Below, piece by piece: positions 38,956-52,494 of a stretch of 64,000 nucleotides of DNA; position 1 is the first letter of the stretch; the number at the start of each line of letters is the position of its first letter. The notes below the pieces were generated by a model. The model searched no databases and was not told the DNA's origin. It was given only the letters and a program-made list of their open reading frames with translations. The DNA comes from Lytechinus pictus (taxonomy: Eukaryota), in NCBI RefSeq assembly GCF_037042905.1, contig NC_087252.1:23810001-23874000 (forward strand), given 5' to 3'. Both the position numbers and the translations under genes were made by a program.

Positions 38956-39722
38956 CTGTGGAAGAATAAGAAGATGGTTAAATTAGATCAGATGCTTACA
39001 TGCTTTGCTTCCAGACAGCTTTATCATGAATCATCATCAACGGATTGTGGATGGTAATCATGAAACACAGAAAACATAACTGGATCTCCATTGATGCATT
39101 TCGGAAGGCACTCAGAAGGCGCTGTGATCGAAGTACAAGAATGAGATGGATACAATAGATCAGATATTTATGCTTAACTTTGAGACTCTTTTAAAACATT
39201 CTAGATTAAAGACATCATCAGAGGACTGTGGCTGATATGAATGAGGCAAAGATTGATATTCGAGAGACATAGATTACTGAAGAAATGACTGTTGATGCAC
39301 TCCGGAAGACACTCAGAGAGAGCTGTGGAGGAACAAGGAGATGGATACAACTAATCATATGATTGTGCTTTAATTCGAAACAGAAGTATTTTTAATGTAT
39401 CCTGGATCGCAGACATGATCAATAGATAGCGGATGTTGTGACATGTTTACAAAGAGAGACAGAAGAAGGGAGACCATGCTCTCCATTGATGCATTCCGGA
39501 AGATACTCAGGCAGTGTTGAGGAGGACAAGAACGAGATGGATAAATCAGATCAGATGTTTGTGCTTTGCTTGGGAACAGACATTTTATTAATGTACTCTG
39601 GATGGAAGACATCATCATATGATTGTGGTTGATGTGATTATGATAACTATTAGAGTCACAGGAAAACTAAACATATCTCTATTGATGCATTCCGGAATAC
39701 ACTCAGATAGCACTATGGATGA
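38922..39722 (-). repeat. Diverged array (about 165-200 bp unit, 5 copies) of the exon 8 start plus acceptor plus intron end
   Basis: ttgatgcattccggaagacactcag...gctgtgg recurs near 38925, 39090, 39292, 39485 and 39681. Confidence 0.85.
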
Positions 39723-39726
39723 GAAT

Positions 39727-40201
39727 AGGCGGTTTCAAACCGCCTCGATCACAAGAATCCCGTTAAATTACAAGAACATTTTTAGGCTAAAAAATACCCA
39801 TTAATTATTCCTGCATTCACACCGCCCCGAAACATACCCTTCGGGATAAATTCCTGAAGTTCGGAGCATGCGCAGTATGGTCTAATAAGCAGGCAAGGCG
39901 CGAGATTCAAAACCACTAGCCCAGCAGCCACCCACGGCGCCCACGCCCAACGACACGCTGGGCTAAAAGTTCCCGTAAATTGCTTTCACATTGCCAAAAT
40001 ACCTGCGACCTTGGAAAAATCCCCGCGAAAGTTCTCGTAATTTCGCCAAGTACCTACTATTTAGCGGGTATTTTCTTTCGGGGAAATTACGCGTAGTTTG
40101 CTTTCACATTACCAAAATACCTGGTATTTTCTGATCGGGGTAAATTTCCCGATCAGAGAATACCTGGAACTGACGAACTTCGAGGCGGTGTGAAACCACC
40201 T
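39727..40201. mobile_element. PIF/Harbinger-like MITE
   Basis: aat|AGGCGGTTTCAAACCGCCTCG ... CGAGGCGGTGTGAAACCACCT|aat; 21-bp TIRs, 3-bp TSD. Confidence 0.8.
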
Positions 40202-41689
40202 AATGAAATGGAAGAAATGATTCAGCTGCAGAGATATATTCATCTTGTATCTTATGTATTCCAAAGGTATTCTGATAAAACCATGGAAAAAAGAAATTGA
40301 CTGAAATTCTTCTTTCCAGCGTTAGAAATAGAAACATTACATAATAAATGCCATAGTCCTAGCATGGAAGAGAATGAATTAATACATTCCAAATTAAAAT
40401 GTTTGTGTATATGTACATGATTCTGTATAGTTAAGATTATTTGTTTACAACAATTGAGTCATATAATTATTGTAAGTACTATATCACATAAACTAATATT
40501 GTGTATTTCTTAGTAATGTGTGTACTCTATAATAATATGTATTGTATTTTGTACTAGGAATAATATGTACTTATGTTCTTCATAAAATTTTCATTGTACA
40601 TCATTGCATAGAATTTATCCAAATTATAATCATGTTCAATATTTGTCAAAGTTTTTCTGTTAATAGATGCAGAGTGATATACAACAGTCAAAAATGAAAA
40701 AAAAAGCAAGCTTCACATATAAGGTAAGTACTAAAGGTAAGTAGTTTCCTTTTGAATTTAAGTGCATAATATTGTTCTATTTGGTTTAAAATTGTAACAA
40801 CCCTTTAAAATGGTAAGCTTAGAAATATGTCTTGACTTGAGGACAGCACTTGCATCCAAAGATGGTATATGTCATGAATACCAGCATCGAAACACAAACT
40901 CTCAACACCACTTGAAGGGTTTGACATTATCTTTTTGTTTACAAGCTCACATACAAGAGGGGTTAAGTACCAAAGTCAAGGATGACGGGTGGTTTGTATA
41001 TCTCGGCACGCCCTCTTAAGATTATTGGATTTCATCAGATGATTTCCTTCATGTAAGATGTATCAGGGGTGGCTTTCATGAGGGGTCTTGTCAGTGGTTT
41101 TTCACTGGCAAATTTGCTCTCAGCCAATGGGAAGCAAGGATTTCAGTAGCTTATGACATGTGTCAGTGGAAAGTCAGTGAGAACCTAGTTCATGGAATGC
41201 TCCTCAGGAAGATAAGATGACATGAACAGTCATGAGAGAAACTTGGCACTGGGTACAAGACGATGACCATGAAAAAAAAAACATCTTGAATTTCAAAAGA
41301 AGACAGCAAACTACATGCAGATGCAGAGTCCAAGCAAGAGCCAAAAAATGAAAGTAAAAGACATTGGGGAAAGAGTCCCTGATGAAGTTTATAGAAGAAA
41401 GGCTGATTAAAATACTAAGTGAACATTCTCCTCTTTTCATTGTCCACCACTATTGGTACAAGATCACATACAGTGAGAACAAATTACAAAAGGGTTTTAC
41501 AAAATACCATAGGTTCTATTCAATCCTTCCCAGCACCAGTCAGACCGCAGGTCCCTATGCTAATGAGCAAAAAGGCCAGATTCATCCAAATCATCTCGTG
41601 GCTGAATCCTCCTCCTTGCAAAATCTCGTGATTCGTGAGATTTTCTTTCTCTAAGAATTTACCTGTTTTAACCTCAAGTTAAATGAAAT

Positions 41690-42480
41690 ATTATTGCACC
41701 ATCAGATAGAGTAAATGTTACTCTTCCATATTGGCCATTTATTTTGTATACAATATTTTGTTAAATAAGTAAATTTCTGGCCTGAAAATGTGCCTCAAAA
41801 CTGAATTTTCTTCCTCTGTTTTCTTTTGCAAATTGTGCAAAACTTTTTATTTTGAGCCTCAATGATATCTATATCACCATAAAGCTGAACTTCTGTACTT
41901 TCTCACAATGCCACTCTTGATATGCGGCACCTTTTAATCGGGTCAAGATCACACTTTTCCCACCAAGGTACAAGACGAGATTTCTGAAATTTTGTACTTG
42001 CATGAAATCCAGAGTTCTGATTGGCTGGATAAGGTTCACAGAACAACAAGTGCGGGGTATTTGAGGAGATTACCACATGGGAAGTGTGACCTTCCCATGA
42101 ACACAGACACTGGAACCGTTGGAATTTGCCAATGTGTGGTCTCTTTGACCAATCAGAGTGCAGTATTCTTGTTTTCAAGCTGCTTTATGTACTTGGCAAA
42201 TGAAAAGTGTGATCTTGACCCGATTAAACCAATTCTAATTTTGAAACCTATATCATTTTAAAGCATACATATTCAGCTTTATCATGATCTAAAAATTATT
42301 TAGGCTCAAATAAACATAAAGTGTGAAAATAGCAGCTTTTGTCAGGTGAAAATAATTATTTTGTAGCATATTTTAGATCAAAATGTTAACCTTTATTACA
42401 AAATCTTTGAATAAATTCAAACACATGACCTGAAAGAATGATTCTTCTTCTTTACAATGATACCAAATTCATGAAATTCG
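41690..42480. mobile_element. Inverted-symmetric non-autonomous element with inner 26-bp inverted repeat
   Basis: ttaatcgggtcaagatcacacttttc (about 41934) and gaaaagtgtgatcttgacccgattaa (about 42202); flanking arms are weakly complementary. Boundaries approximate. Confidence 0.55.
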
Positions 42481-44984
42481 ATGCACAATTAGAGCAGCAA
42501 TGACCGAATGAAAAGAGGTGTTTTGGTCCGCATCAAGCTCATTAAATATGCAAAACATCTCAAGTCATGAATATCACTTGGATGAAAGAAGCCACTTTCT
42601 TGGGACCTGCCGTCTGACTGAGCACCAACAAGGCCTAACATGAAAAACATTTGAGATGGCAAATTTCTTGGCAGAAATATTGGCTGGAAAGTTAAATATT
42701 TCTTTGAATTCATTAATCAAATTGGTTTATTAGATATTAATTAATTTGAATTTTAGGAGATGAATAATATATTTACCACAAATATGATCACAACATAGTG
42801 TTTGGTTATTTTCAAGCAAATCCAAGTTAATTCAAGGCAGCATAATTTGAAAAGGACCATTTTCCATTTCAAGTCGCCTACATTTTTATTTCATTTTATT
42901 TTAAATAGATTGCTTTGAAAAAGTCCAAGGGTAAAATTGTGCATCATAATATCTAAGTAATTCATCTATGGCCTAAGTCACACCAGCAAAACCGACCCCA
43001 AACCCAATTACGTTATTTCCAATGACATAACATTGGTCAGCTGGGAGTTAGTTTCTTTAGTGTGACGGTAGCATCACATGTCTAGAGTCATGTGATGGGG
43101 CTGAAGGTCTGGGCTGTCAATAGCAAACATCAAACTTTCATCTATTTATCTATTTGGTTGATTTAAATCAGGAAATGCAACTAGGAACATGGGGGTCCAA
43201 AGAGAAGGACATTTCAAATAGAGAAGTAAGGGCAGTAGGGAGAATGAAGGATAAATCATATCAGGGGGAGGGGAGATTCATGAAAAGTTTTGTGACCAAT
43301 TTTCACTGACTAATTTGCTCTCAGCCAATCAGATGCAAGGAATTCAGTAGCTTATAACATCTGTCAGTGAACACCACTGACTAGACCTACCATGAAAGAC
43401 TCCCCAGGATTCTCTTGGACAGAAATACAAGTTGAATTCATTCCCACATTTATTGACGGCTTCATCATGGCAAAAAACAATATGCAATGTATACGAACAA
43501 TGTATTTAATTACAGAAAATATGCAAATGATACAAAGAAAAAATAGAACTAGGTAAGACATCAGAAGGAATCACACATGTAGGTTGTAAAATAAGCCTGG
43601 ATATGAATGAGGAGTTTATAGGCTAACCAGAAGAGTAATATTTTGAAAAGAAGCAAAATAAGAAAGAATTTGAAGAAAAAAAAAATTAAAGAAACAGAAA
43701 TGCTTAAGGGACTTTATATCCCCAAATATTAACTTGTTAGTAATATAAAAGCCTCTTTGTTGAGTTATCTTTCAAAGCTGCCTCTATTAAATTTGGATAA
43801 CTCTAAATGAAACTACAAATAAAGTTGAAAGTGAGAACATCATTCCATGATAAAGAACTCGTTGCCTATATAGTAAGTCATTTAATCAGTGACAGGTCAA
43901 AACCTTTTAAGATCATTTAAGTTTTTAGACATTTCATAATATGGTGAAAATTCAAAGCCATGAATATCTTGCTACCCCATTAAAAACTGAATTTGTACAG
44001 GGACAATAAGGTTGTAATAGGCAATATGTTATTTTTTTATTATTATACACGGTGCAACTAATTACACATCACACTTCCAGGCACAAGAGTGTCGTGCAAA
44101 AACAAAATTGTAAGAGTGTAAAAAAATATATCAGTAATGTCTAATCAACGTCTAATTAGCCGTCCCCATCAGCGACACGCTTTAATCCAGAATGGATTAA
44201 GTGGGTTTTAACTCCTCCTGAGCAGGCTTATCTCTTCCAACATGCACTCTATTTGACATTATACACTTCCACACAGTTAAAAGTACAACTCCTCCTTAAA
44301 GGGGACAAAATGCTGCTTTAAACTGACGAAGAAATCAACTGATTTGTTTCTAGTTATTGTGCAACTACTGGTTAACTTATCTTAGGTACAATAGAGCTGA
44401 TTGTTTTGGGTTTGAAGGGTATTTTTTCTAATACTATCATCATCAATCATTCATTTTTTTATCAGTACCACAGTACAGAGGAAACATAACAGTAATACTT
44501 TCCTACAGGGGAAAAACTTTTCAATAGTGTGTTAGGTTGACGGTGAAAACATTTCTCTACATGTATATTTGAATAATTGGATAACGACCGGTTAAACCTA
44601 TATTAGATTTAAATGTTCTTTGATTTGTGGTTGTGGTGGGGTTGGTAATTATATCTATGTCATCCATACATTTTGGAGACAGGGATGGAAGTATCAAGTC
44701 TGAAAAAAAGTTTTTAGCCTATTAAAAGAGCCAAAGAATTTCTGAAATAGAAAGCAGAAGTAAAATTGGAATAATATTTTTATTTGTGATATATGGAATA
44801 AATAAGCATTATGTACAGGCAAGATGGCATAGAGCAAAGAATTTTACAATTAAATAGATAAATAGGGTTGAGGGCTGAACTTATATTAGGCATTGACATC
44901 TCGTTTCATTGCCTTTTACTATGACTTCCAAACTGTTTTGGGTCAATGTGAAATATCACTGTAATCAGGAGTGATTGTTTTATT

Positions 44985-45785
44985 CAATATCCTCAATTCT
45001 CCTAGCCAGAAATTTGGTATTTGTTCATTCTTGTAAAAACAGGGGAAGTATATGCCACCATTGATATGATTAGTAGTGATAGCTGATGAAATACTGTTTA
45101 TGGGAGGGTGATACACTTTCCTCACGCTCCATAGATAGCCGGTATCGGTCTTCATTTGTTTCTAAAAATATGCCTAAATTGATGAAATTAAAAGTGATAG
45201 TTAATGGAGCAATACTAGGTGTATGAGGATAATAAAGTTTACCAGAACTCTGTTATGCTAGCCAAAAATTTGGTCCTAACCTTTTCTATAAAGACCAAGG
45301 AAAAGTGCCTCCTTCCTCGAAATTTGAAGCGATAGTTGAAAGCACAAGCACTTGGTGTTGGAGGATAATGCAGTATCCTTATTCTCCTTATGCTAGCCAG
45401 AAATTTTAGGTCAATTCATTCATGTACGAAACAGGGAGGACAGGATTCCATCGATGACATTAGCAGTGATAGTTGAAAGAACAACACTAGGTGTGGGAGG
45501 GTAGCAAAGTTTCCTTGCTCTTCTTATCTCTCCACAGATTAGTTTTTAATCTGTTCCTGTAAAAACAGCTAGGGGAATGCCACCATTGATAAAATCAGCA
45601 GCGATAGTTGACGAAACAACATTGGGTGTAGGAGGATAATAAAGTTTCCTTACTCTCCTTAAATACTAGCCAAAAATTTGTGGTCAATTCCTTCCTATAA
45701 AAAAAAAGCACAAATATGTCATGATTAAATTGGTAGTGATAGTTGATGACACAACACTGGGTGTGGGAGGATAATAAAGTTTCCT
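44985..45785. repeat. Diverged tandem repeat, about 125-135 bp unit, 6 copies
   Basis: gtgatagttga...aacactaggtgtgggaggataataaagtttcct recurs. Confidence 0.8.
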
Positions 45786-47989
45786 CTGGAGATCACGTCC
45801 AAGTTCTTCCATTCAATCTACACTGTGTCTACTTTGCTAATTGTGTTTTAAACTTGTTTTAGCAACCACTTTTACGCTTTATCATGCCATTTTAATTTTC
45901 TTATTCCTCTTCTCCCCTCATCCTTTTTTCTATATCAGATTACTTTGGACACTTGCTTTCATGCTCCTGCCATTTTCATTCATCCTTTTGAAGAAGTTAT
46001 GCACAGAAAGAAAACTGCTCCTGCGACTCTGATACAGCTACTACTTCATTACCTAGTCATAACCAACATAGATTATCAAATTTGTAGCATGCTGTTGTGT
46101 CTGGATCTTTCACTGTCTTGCCGTTTAACACAGTTTCTCAGAGAATCTGTTGCATCCATAAAAAAAAGGTTGAAGACAGTCTTGTAATCAAATCAATCAA
46201 ATGTTTACAACCACCCCCCCCCCCCTGAAAAATAAACTTGGCAGCCATGTAAATGTACTTCTTCATAACCCTGGATCTACATTAACCATGGTTCAACTAT
46301 TAACAAGATTGGATCAATAACAAGATACAAGCACTTTTGGCCCACAAAGATATAAACCATCTGTGAAGAGAGACCTACAAAATAAAAAGAAAAAAGAAAA
46401 AGGGAACGTTGTGATCATACAATCCAGACAGGTGTCATAATTTACTTCAAATGGCTCTCACACCTGAACAACTCAGCCAGTATGGCAAGCCATTTCATAT
46501 ATCAAGAAATCAACTCTTGATCAATTGAATTGGTGATGTCAATAACTTCATTTCTAGATAACTGATAAATATGTTTTTGTTACAAAATATTGAGAAATAG
46601 GCTAAGATATTACTAAATTAAAAAAAAAAAACAATTCACAATATAAATGTCCGCAAACACTGGCTTAAAGATCCATGTGTACCAGTCCCATTAAAGGACA
46701 AAAAAAGTTGATTTGAATAAAAGGAGAAAAGGCCAATAAGCATAACACTGAAAATTTCATCTAAATCGGATGTAGAATAAAACAATTTATGACATTTTAA
46801 AGTTTCACTGAATTTAAAAAAAAATGCTCACCCTGGTCAGTATCCCAATGAGGGGCTGATGCTGTCATTTACTCACTATTTCCTATGTTTTGAATTATAT
46901 GAAATATTCCAATTCTCTCTTCACTGTCATATGACAGATTTATTCCATCCTTAACATGTGGAATTGCCATTGTTTTAAGATTTTGTGGTTAAGTCAAGTT
47001 GATCATTATGCCCTTCTGACCACATATTTCTTTGAAATGCAATTTATTCTAAATCCCATCGACAGATATCCCATATAATGAACATGAACTTGAACAGTCT
47101 AGACAATGACTTGGGCAATAGCTTTATTATTGTCCTCACCAATTAGAATTTCTACACTATTCCATGTCTACATGTGGTTACGGAAAGGATACAACAAATA
47201 GACCCCAGCAGAATTGGCAGGTAATAGGGAGTAATTAATAAAGTTTCAATTTCCAAATTTGAAGGAAACGACTGCTTCTAGATTGCCCTTATTCAAGGTG
47301 ACAGAAAGTTCTTACTTTTCTTTCTTCCATGCAGTGACTCAACAATTTCTTTTTTATAAAGATGTATCGCCAAACCACTTAAAAGGAAGCACAGATACAG
47401 CAGGATTACACACAATGCCATTTAAGGGGCCATAATGATTTTGCACAATCGTTGGCCTCTCAAAATTATCTTGTCTAATGCAGCAGGATCCGAGCCTGCT
47501 TAAAAGTGCATGTATTTAGTATTGTATCCTTTTGGAGCCTCCCTCATTCTAAGTTGATATTTGTAATATCTATTAATTCATAAATGATGCTTGTTAATTG
47601 ATTATTAAATAACTAATTATCAGTTACTTATCTATCGATACATTCATTCATTTCTTCATTCAATCATTCCTTCATTTATTAAAGCACTACACTACAGACA
47701 AATCAACAAGCAAGACAGGCTGGAAAAATAACCAGTTTCATGAAGCATAAAGAATGAACAATATGATTACATATCAAGCCTTAAAATCAGCGAAAAAGCA
47801 ATAATTGCAAGCAGCAGGCTGCAAATATCAGAAAGATATGGTGGTATGCTGAGATATGACTTTTTTATCATTAATGCATTGACATATGAATGGCAGCTTG
47901 GTACACCGTAATCAGGTGATTCTTGCCTAACATAAGGATTTCTAAATATGATTACCAGCTCTGGAATGCTGGTATATTGATTTCTAATC

Positions 47990-48275
47990 CTGGGCCCCGT
48001 CTTACAAAGAGTTACGATTGATCCAATCAACCACAACTATGGAAAGCCTGCAACGTCAACATCTAAAATACATGTTCGTACAACACGTTTTCTAGATATG
48101 ATTTATATTCATAGAGTCAGTGTTTTCCTGACAATTCAGCACAATGCTTATCCTTGTTTTCAAAGGAAATTGTACAAATTTCCTAAAGAAAAAATTGTGA
48201 TATTGATGGATTTCCATTTACATGTACTTGACGTTGATCGGATCAATCATATCTCTTTGTAAGACGGGGACCTAG
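47990..48275. mobile_element. About 270-bp MITE family (copy 3)
   Basis: gggccccgtcttacaaagag ... ctctttgtaagacggggacc TIRs. Confidence 0.8.
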
Positions 48276-48713
48276 TCATACATGTTGTTACTTACAGTCA
48301 CTTTGCCATGCAATGATAACTTCCATTGAATCTTTGATTTTGATTGACTGTTAGGCATTGTTTCCAAGGTAGTTACCAATATTGAAAGGCGTATTAACTA
48401 AAATAGTGACATTCATGCAACCAAAGAAAGTGATGGTAAGTTTCATCTCCAACCAAAGTCATAAATTCACTGATTTGCTGTAATCTACATCTGGAATAAT
48501 CATCTACTTTTATGAATGATGTATATTTCTTTTTTTTTCACTTTTAAAAATACTTTGCGTTGATGTTTCAATAAAATAATATAAACCCTGTTGTGTAATG
48601 TCTCATTATTACATTGTGGAGCACGAAATTGGAGCAAGAAACTGAAGACTAATAGATTATAGCAAAAGTTTGGACAAAACTGTTCACATCTTCATCTTTA
48701 TAATCTCATGCCT

Positions 48714-49130
48714 AAGGCCACCGCACACCTTACGACCGGTCCACGATCCGATTTTCGAACAAATGAGCTTTTTGCTCATTTTGTGAAAATGTGAATGAAA
48801 TTTTTTTTTTTTGGAGGTTCATATTAACTGAAAGGATACTAATATGACAATTTTGGATGATTGCAAGCATTTATTTTGGAGTAGAGGCCAAATTCATTTT
48901 AAATCGTAGCCAATCAAAAGATAGCTATGATGTTTCTAATTACGACTATATATTTAATTTGCTTTTATTCTAATAAGGATAAGAGCATAGTCACAGATTT
49001 GAACACAACTATTTATACGATAATTTAGAACATTACACAGTTTATAAATGTCTCAATAATAGCATCAAATTCTATGATTTTTTATTCCAAAATCAGGTCG
49101 TAGACCAATCATAATGTATGCGGTGGCCTT
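48714..49130. mobile_element. Harbinger-like MITE
   Basis: aaggccaccgcacac ... gtatgcggtggcctt TIRs. Confidence 0.7.
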
Positions 49131-51104
49131 TACACAAAGAAAAGACAGACAGTAGTCACACGAGAAATTGATATCCCTTTCAATACAGTTATCGATGTCT
49201 TGATTAACCTACTTCAGGGTATAAAAGTCCATCCAATAAATCTGTAAAAGATGTTTAACGCCCAAGGGATGGCAGAGACCAAATCTATCTCAAGAAGTTA
49301 GAATCCAAATGAACTTGACAACCCACAAGGGAAATTCATCATCAGAGAAATAGTTTCAGGAAGATTAGTCAGACAAGGAGGATATTTCTTTCCCAGTAAT
49401 TCTGCATCTGTTTGTGAATTTGATAAGGATTTGGTAATAAGATGGGGTGAATCATAATTCATTGGTTTTAACAAGTAGGAGCAATTGTCGGGAAATCTAG
49501 AAACAACATTATGTGGACTGTGTTTCATTAAACATAGCATCTCTCTGATTCAAAACAGATTATGCTTGAATTCTAATCCTTATTCACAACCAGGAAAATA
49601 ACAAATTTTTCCAACAACTAAAATTATTTCCTAACTAATCTCACAATTGAGGCACTTTCATGGTAAAGTGAAGTTCCCTCTTGTTTCCTAACATGAATAT
49701 ACAAGCAGCAAAAATATACAGTTTGGACACCTGGTAATCATGGGAAATGTATTAAGTGAATGTATTTTAAGAAAAAGAAGATATGTTTTGGAGTGGTTTG
49801 GAGAAAAAGAGAGGGGAAGATAGGAAATATAGAATACTGCAGAAGTACAAAGGATAAAGGAAAGTGTGAAGAAAATATGAAGAGGAGAGATATAAGAGAA
49901 GCCAGTGTAAATGAAGAGGAAAGATAAAAGGCAAAGGCTTGGGGTATATACTGTATTATAATTTTATACATGTACACATCAAATTTGTTGGATCTATCAG
50001 TATCATTTCTCTTTTTATTTGCAAAACTGCATGCACAGTGTTAAATTTATGTATTTCCCAATGCTTTCTTTCTAAATTTCAATCCATGAACATTCATACC
50101 CTTAAAATCATGCCGCATAATCTGTGAATTCTTGGTCACTGAAATATCAAGACCATTTTCTTTTTTCTGGGGGGAGTAATTATCCAAAACTCAATTTAGT
50201 AGACTCAGGACACACCTCTTTACTGATTCTTGAGGGTTCAAATTGTGGATATACATGTATATACATTATCATAAGATAATTTTGGGGCACTTTGTACACC
50301 TTATAAATAAGTGAAAAAGAAGAAGAGGAATACAGAGAGCATTCAGTTCAAGAATTATATAAAAAAGGGGAATTTTATCTACATCTAGGGTAAAAACAAC
50401 GAAGGAATTTGAGGAGAAAAAAGGAGAGTGGGAATGAAGTTAGAATGAAATAGAAGACTGAAAATGAAGCAAATCAGAAAGTGAAAATAACAAAAGGAAA
50501 ACAATGGGGAATAAAACTTTTGATAATGAAAATGTATGAGGAGGAAGTGGGATAACCAGATAATTGTTGTGGAAGAAGGCAGGAAAAAGAAAATGAGAGA
50601 GAGAACGATGGAATGAAAGACAAAGTAGTTTGGACCATTCTAATGAATTCATCCTCTCCTCCCTCCTTTAATGAGTGTGAACACTACATCTCTTTACACT
50701 TTAATCAAGATAAGAAAATAATTAATTGAATCCAGTCTTTACTCAATATTTTTGGATATGTCAGGCAGTCATTCAAGTTTTATAAGAACAATGATTTCAA
50801 AGATGAAAATGATAGAATTTACATGTAGTTAGGTCTATTCCAGGACAAGCCAAGTGTAGCAGAAAGGAAAAAAATCCCAACCATTATGTAATAAGCTAGT
50901 CAAGGACGGATTAGGCATATCTGTTCCTTGTTAAATTTACAAATATATTTTTATACCTGGCTTGAAAATGGAAGCCAAAAGTCAATTCCTTTCCAATTTC
51001 TTTCCATTTCTTACATTAAATAACATAGCAGATATTACAGATAAAAATCAAATTGAAGTTATTTTGCATTCAAAGTCCATACCAAATCTTGCTTTAATTT
51101 ATGA

Positions 51105-52025
51105 AAAGCACCTCTCAAAGAAACACTTGTAAAGAGTGTGTGGACATTATCAATAGTATAAAAAAAAGGGGGAAAAGAACAAAATATAAGCCAAAAATTT
51201 GGTCACTAGTGTTCACATTGAAGAGAGAATTATTTTGTTTTCTTTTTTCAATCAAAACCCATTAACGTTCATCTAAAGTTAAAGTCAGTGGGTCATACTG
51301 AGGTGAATCTAATATGCATGACATGTTTAAATTGAACTTCAATCTCTCCCATTGGAAAAGCTCACCCCATCACTAGTTTCTGGTTCATTTAATAAAGATA
51401 ATTGGGGCATTTTGTACATTTGAATAGGAAGAGGGAAGAAAGAGAGTATATGGAACAAAAGGCATTTCATTAATATTTAGGTAGATAGACAGATAGGTAG
51501 ATTGATCGATATATAGATGTATAACTGGTTAAAATAGGATAAAATAGTCAAAATAAGAGACTGAAAACAAGAGATTCAGAGACTAATCAAGAAAATTCCT
51601 TCAAAACAGGGATAAAATGAAAATAACAAAATATAAAATAAAATATTAGAAAATTATAGATACCAAATGAATGTTACTTAAAATTCTTCTTTTTTGCATT
51701 TAAAAGTGTCAAATTCTTTCACAATTTTCTGGAAAGCACTCTATAAGAGGGTATGTGGGCATTATCAATAGAATCCAAAATATGGGGTATATGAATGAAA
51801 TATACATGCAAGCCATAAATTTTAAGTCCTTTAAATAATTTTATCTAGGTAATTGGATTTCATGTTGATTTTTTTGGGGGTCAATCAAAGCCCATTAACT
51901 TTCATCTAAAGTTGAAGTCAGGGGGTCATACTGAGGTGAACTTAATATGCATGACATGTTTAAATTGAACCTCAATCTTTCCCAAGGGAAAAACTCACCC
52001 CATTGCTAGTTTCTGGTTAATTTAA
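51105..52025. repeat. Local duplication of about 290 bp at about 630-bp offset
   Basis: About 51105-51390 matches about 51735-52025 (ggtcatactgaggtgaa...atatgcatgacatgtttaaattgaac). Confidence 0.75.
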
Positions 52026-52196
52026 CAATTTCTTAAAGAGGAAAATCAAAGCTTCCTCTTAAACAACTTCCTAAATTACAACCATGTGCACCATTAAATG
52101 CAATACAAGTTACAAGAAATGTATTTCTGTAATAAAGCCTAGATCTGAAAGGTAAATTGGTACTATCATACATGTCTACAAGAAAAGCGGTCTTAA

Positions 52197-52494
52197 CTCT
52201 CTGCCTGCCACAGAAAAAAAACCCTCATTTGCCACTTTGATTTTGGGGTGCATCCTTAACAGGGTTTTGCATGGACTATGCTAATTCAACTCACAATAAC
52301 TTTTGATTGGTTAATCATAAAGAAAAGCTTTGTGTGTATACTTAACAATTTGATGCAAATATCACTGTTGTGTATGTGTGTTTATAAGTACAACAGACAT
52401 AATACATTCGGTGTGTATTGTGAAGGAAATGTGACTGGAGTCGAAGTTGGCAGCCTGCTGTATGTTACTTTAGTCCAACACAGCGGGCAAAGAG
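52197..52494. mobile_element. Small piggyBac-like MITE
   Basis: ttaa|ctctctgcctgc ... gcgggcaaagag|ttaa: imperfect TIRs and TTAA flanks. Confidence 0.55.

Noticed and set aside
47890..47972. LRR-like motif LEILMLGKNHL (possible TLR/LRR pseudogene)
   Set aside because: A single repeat bounded by stops with no convincing neighbouring LRRs; a TBLASTN search would be needed to revive it.
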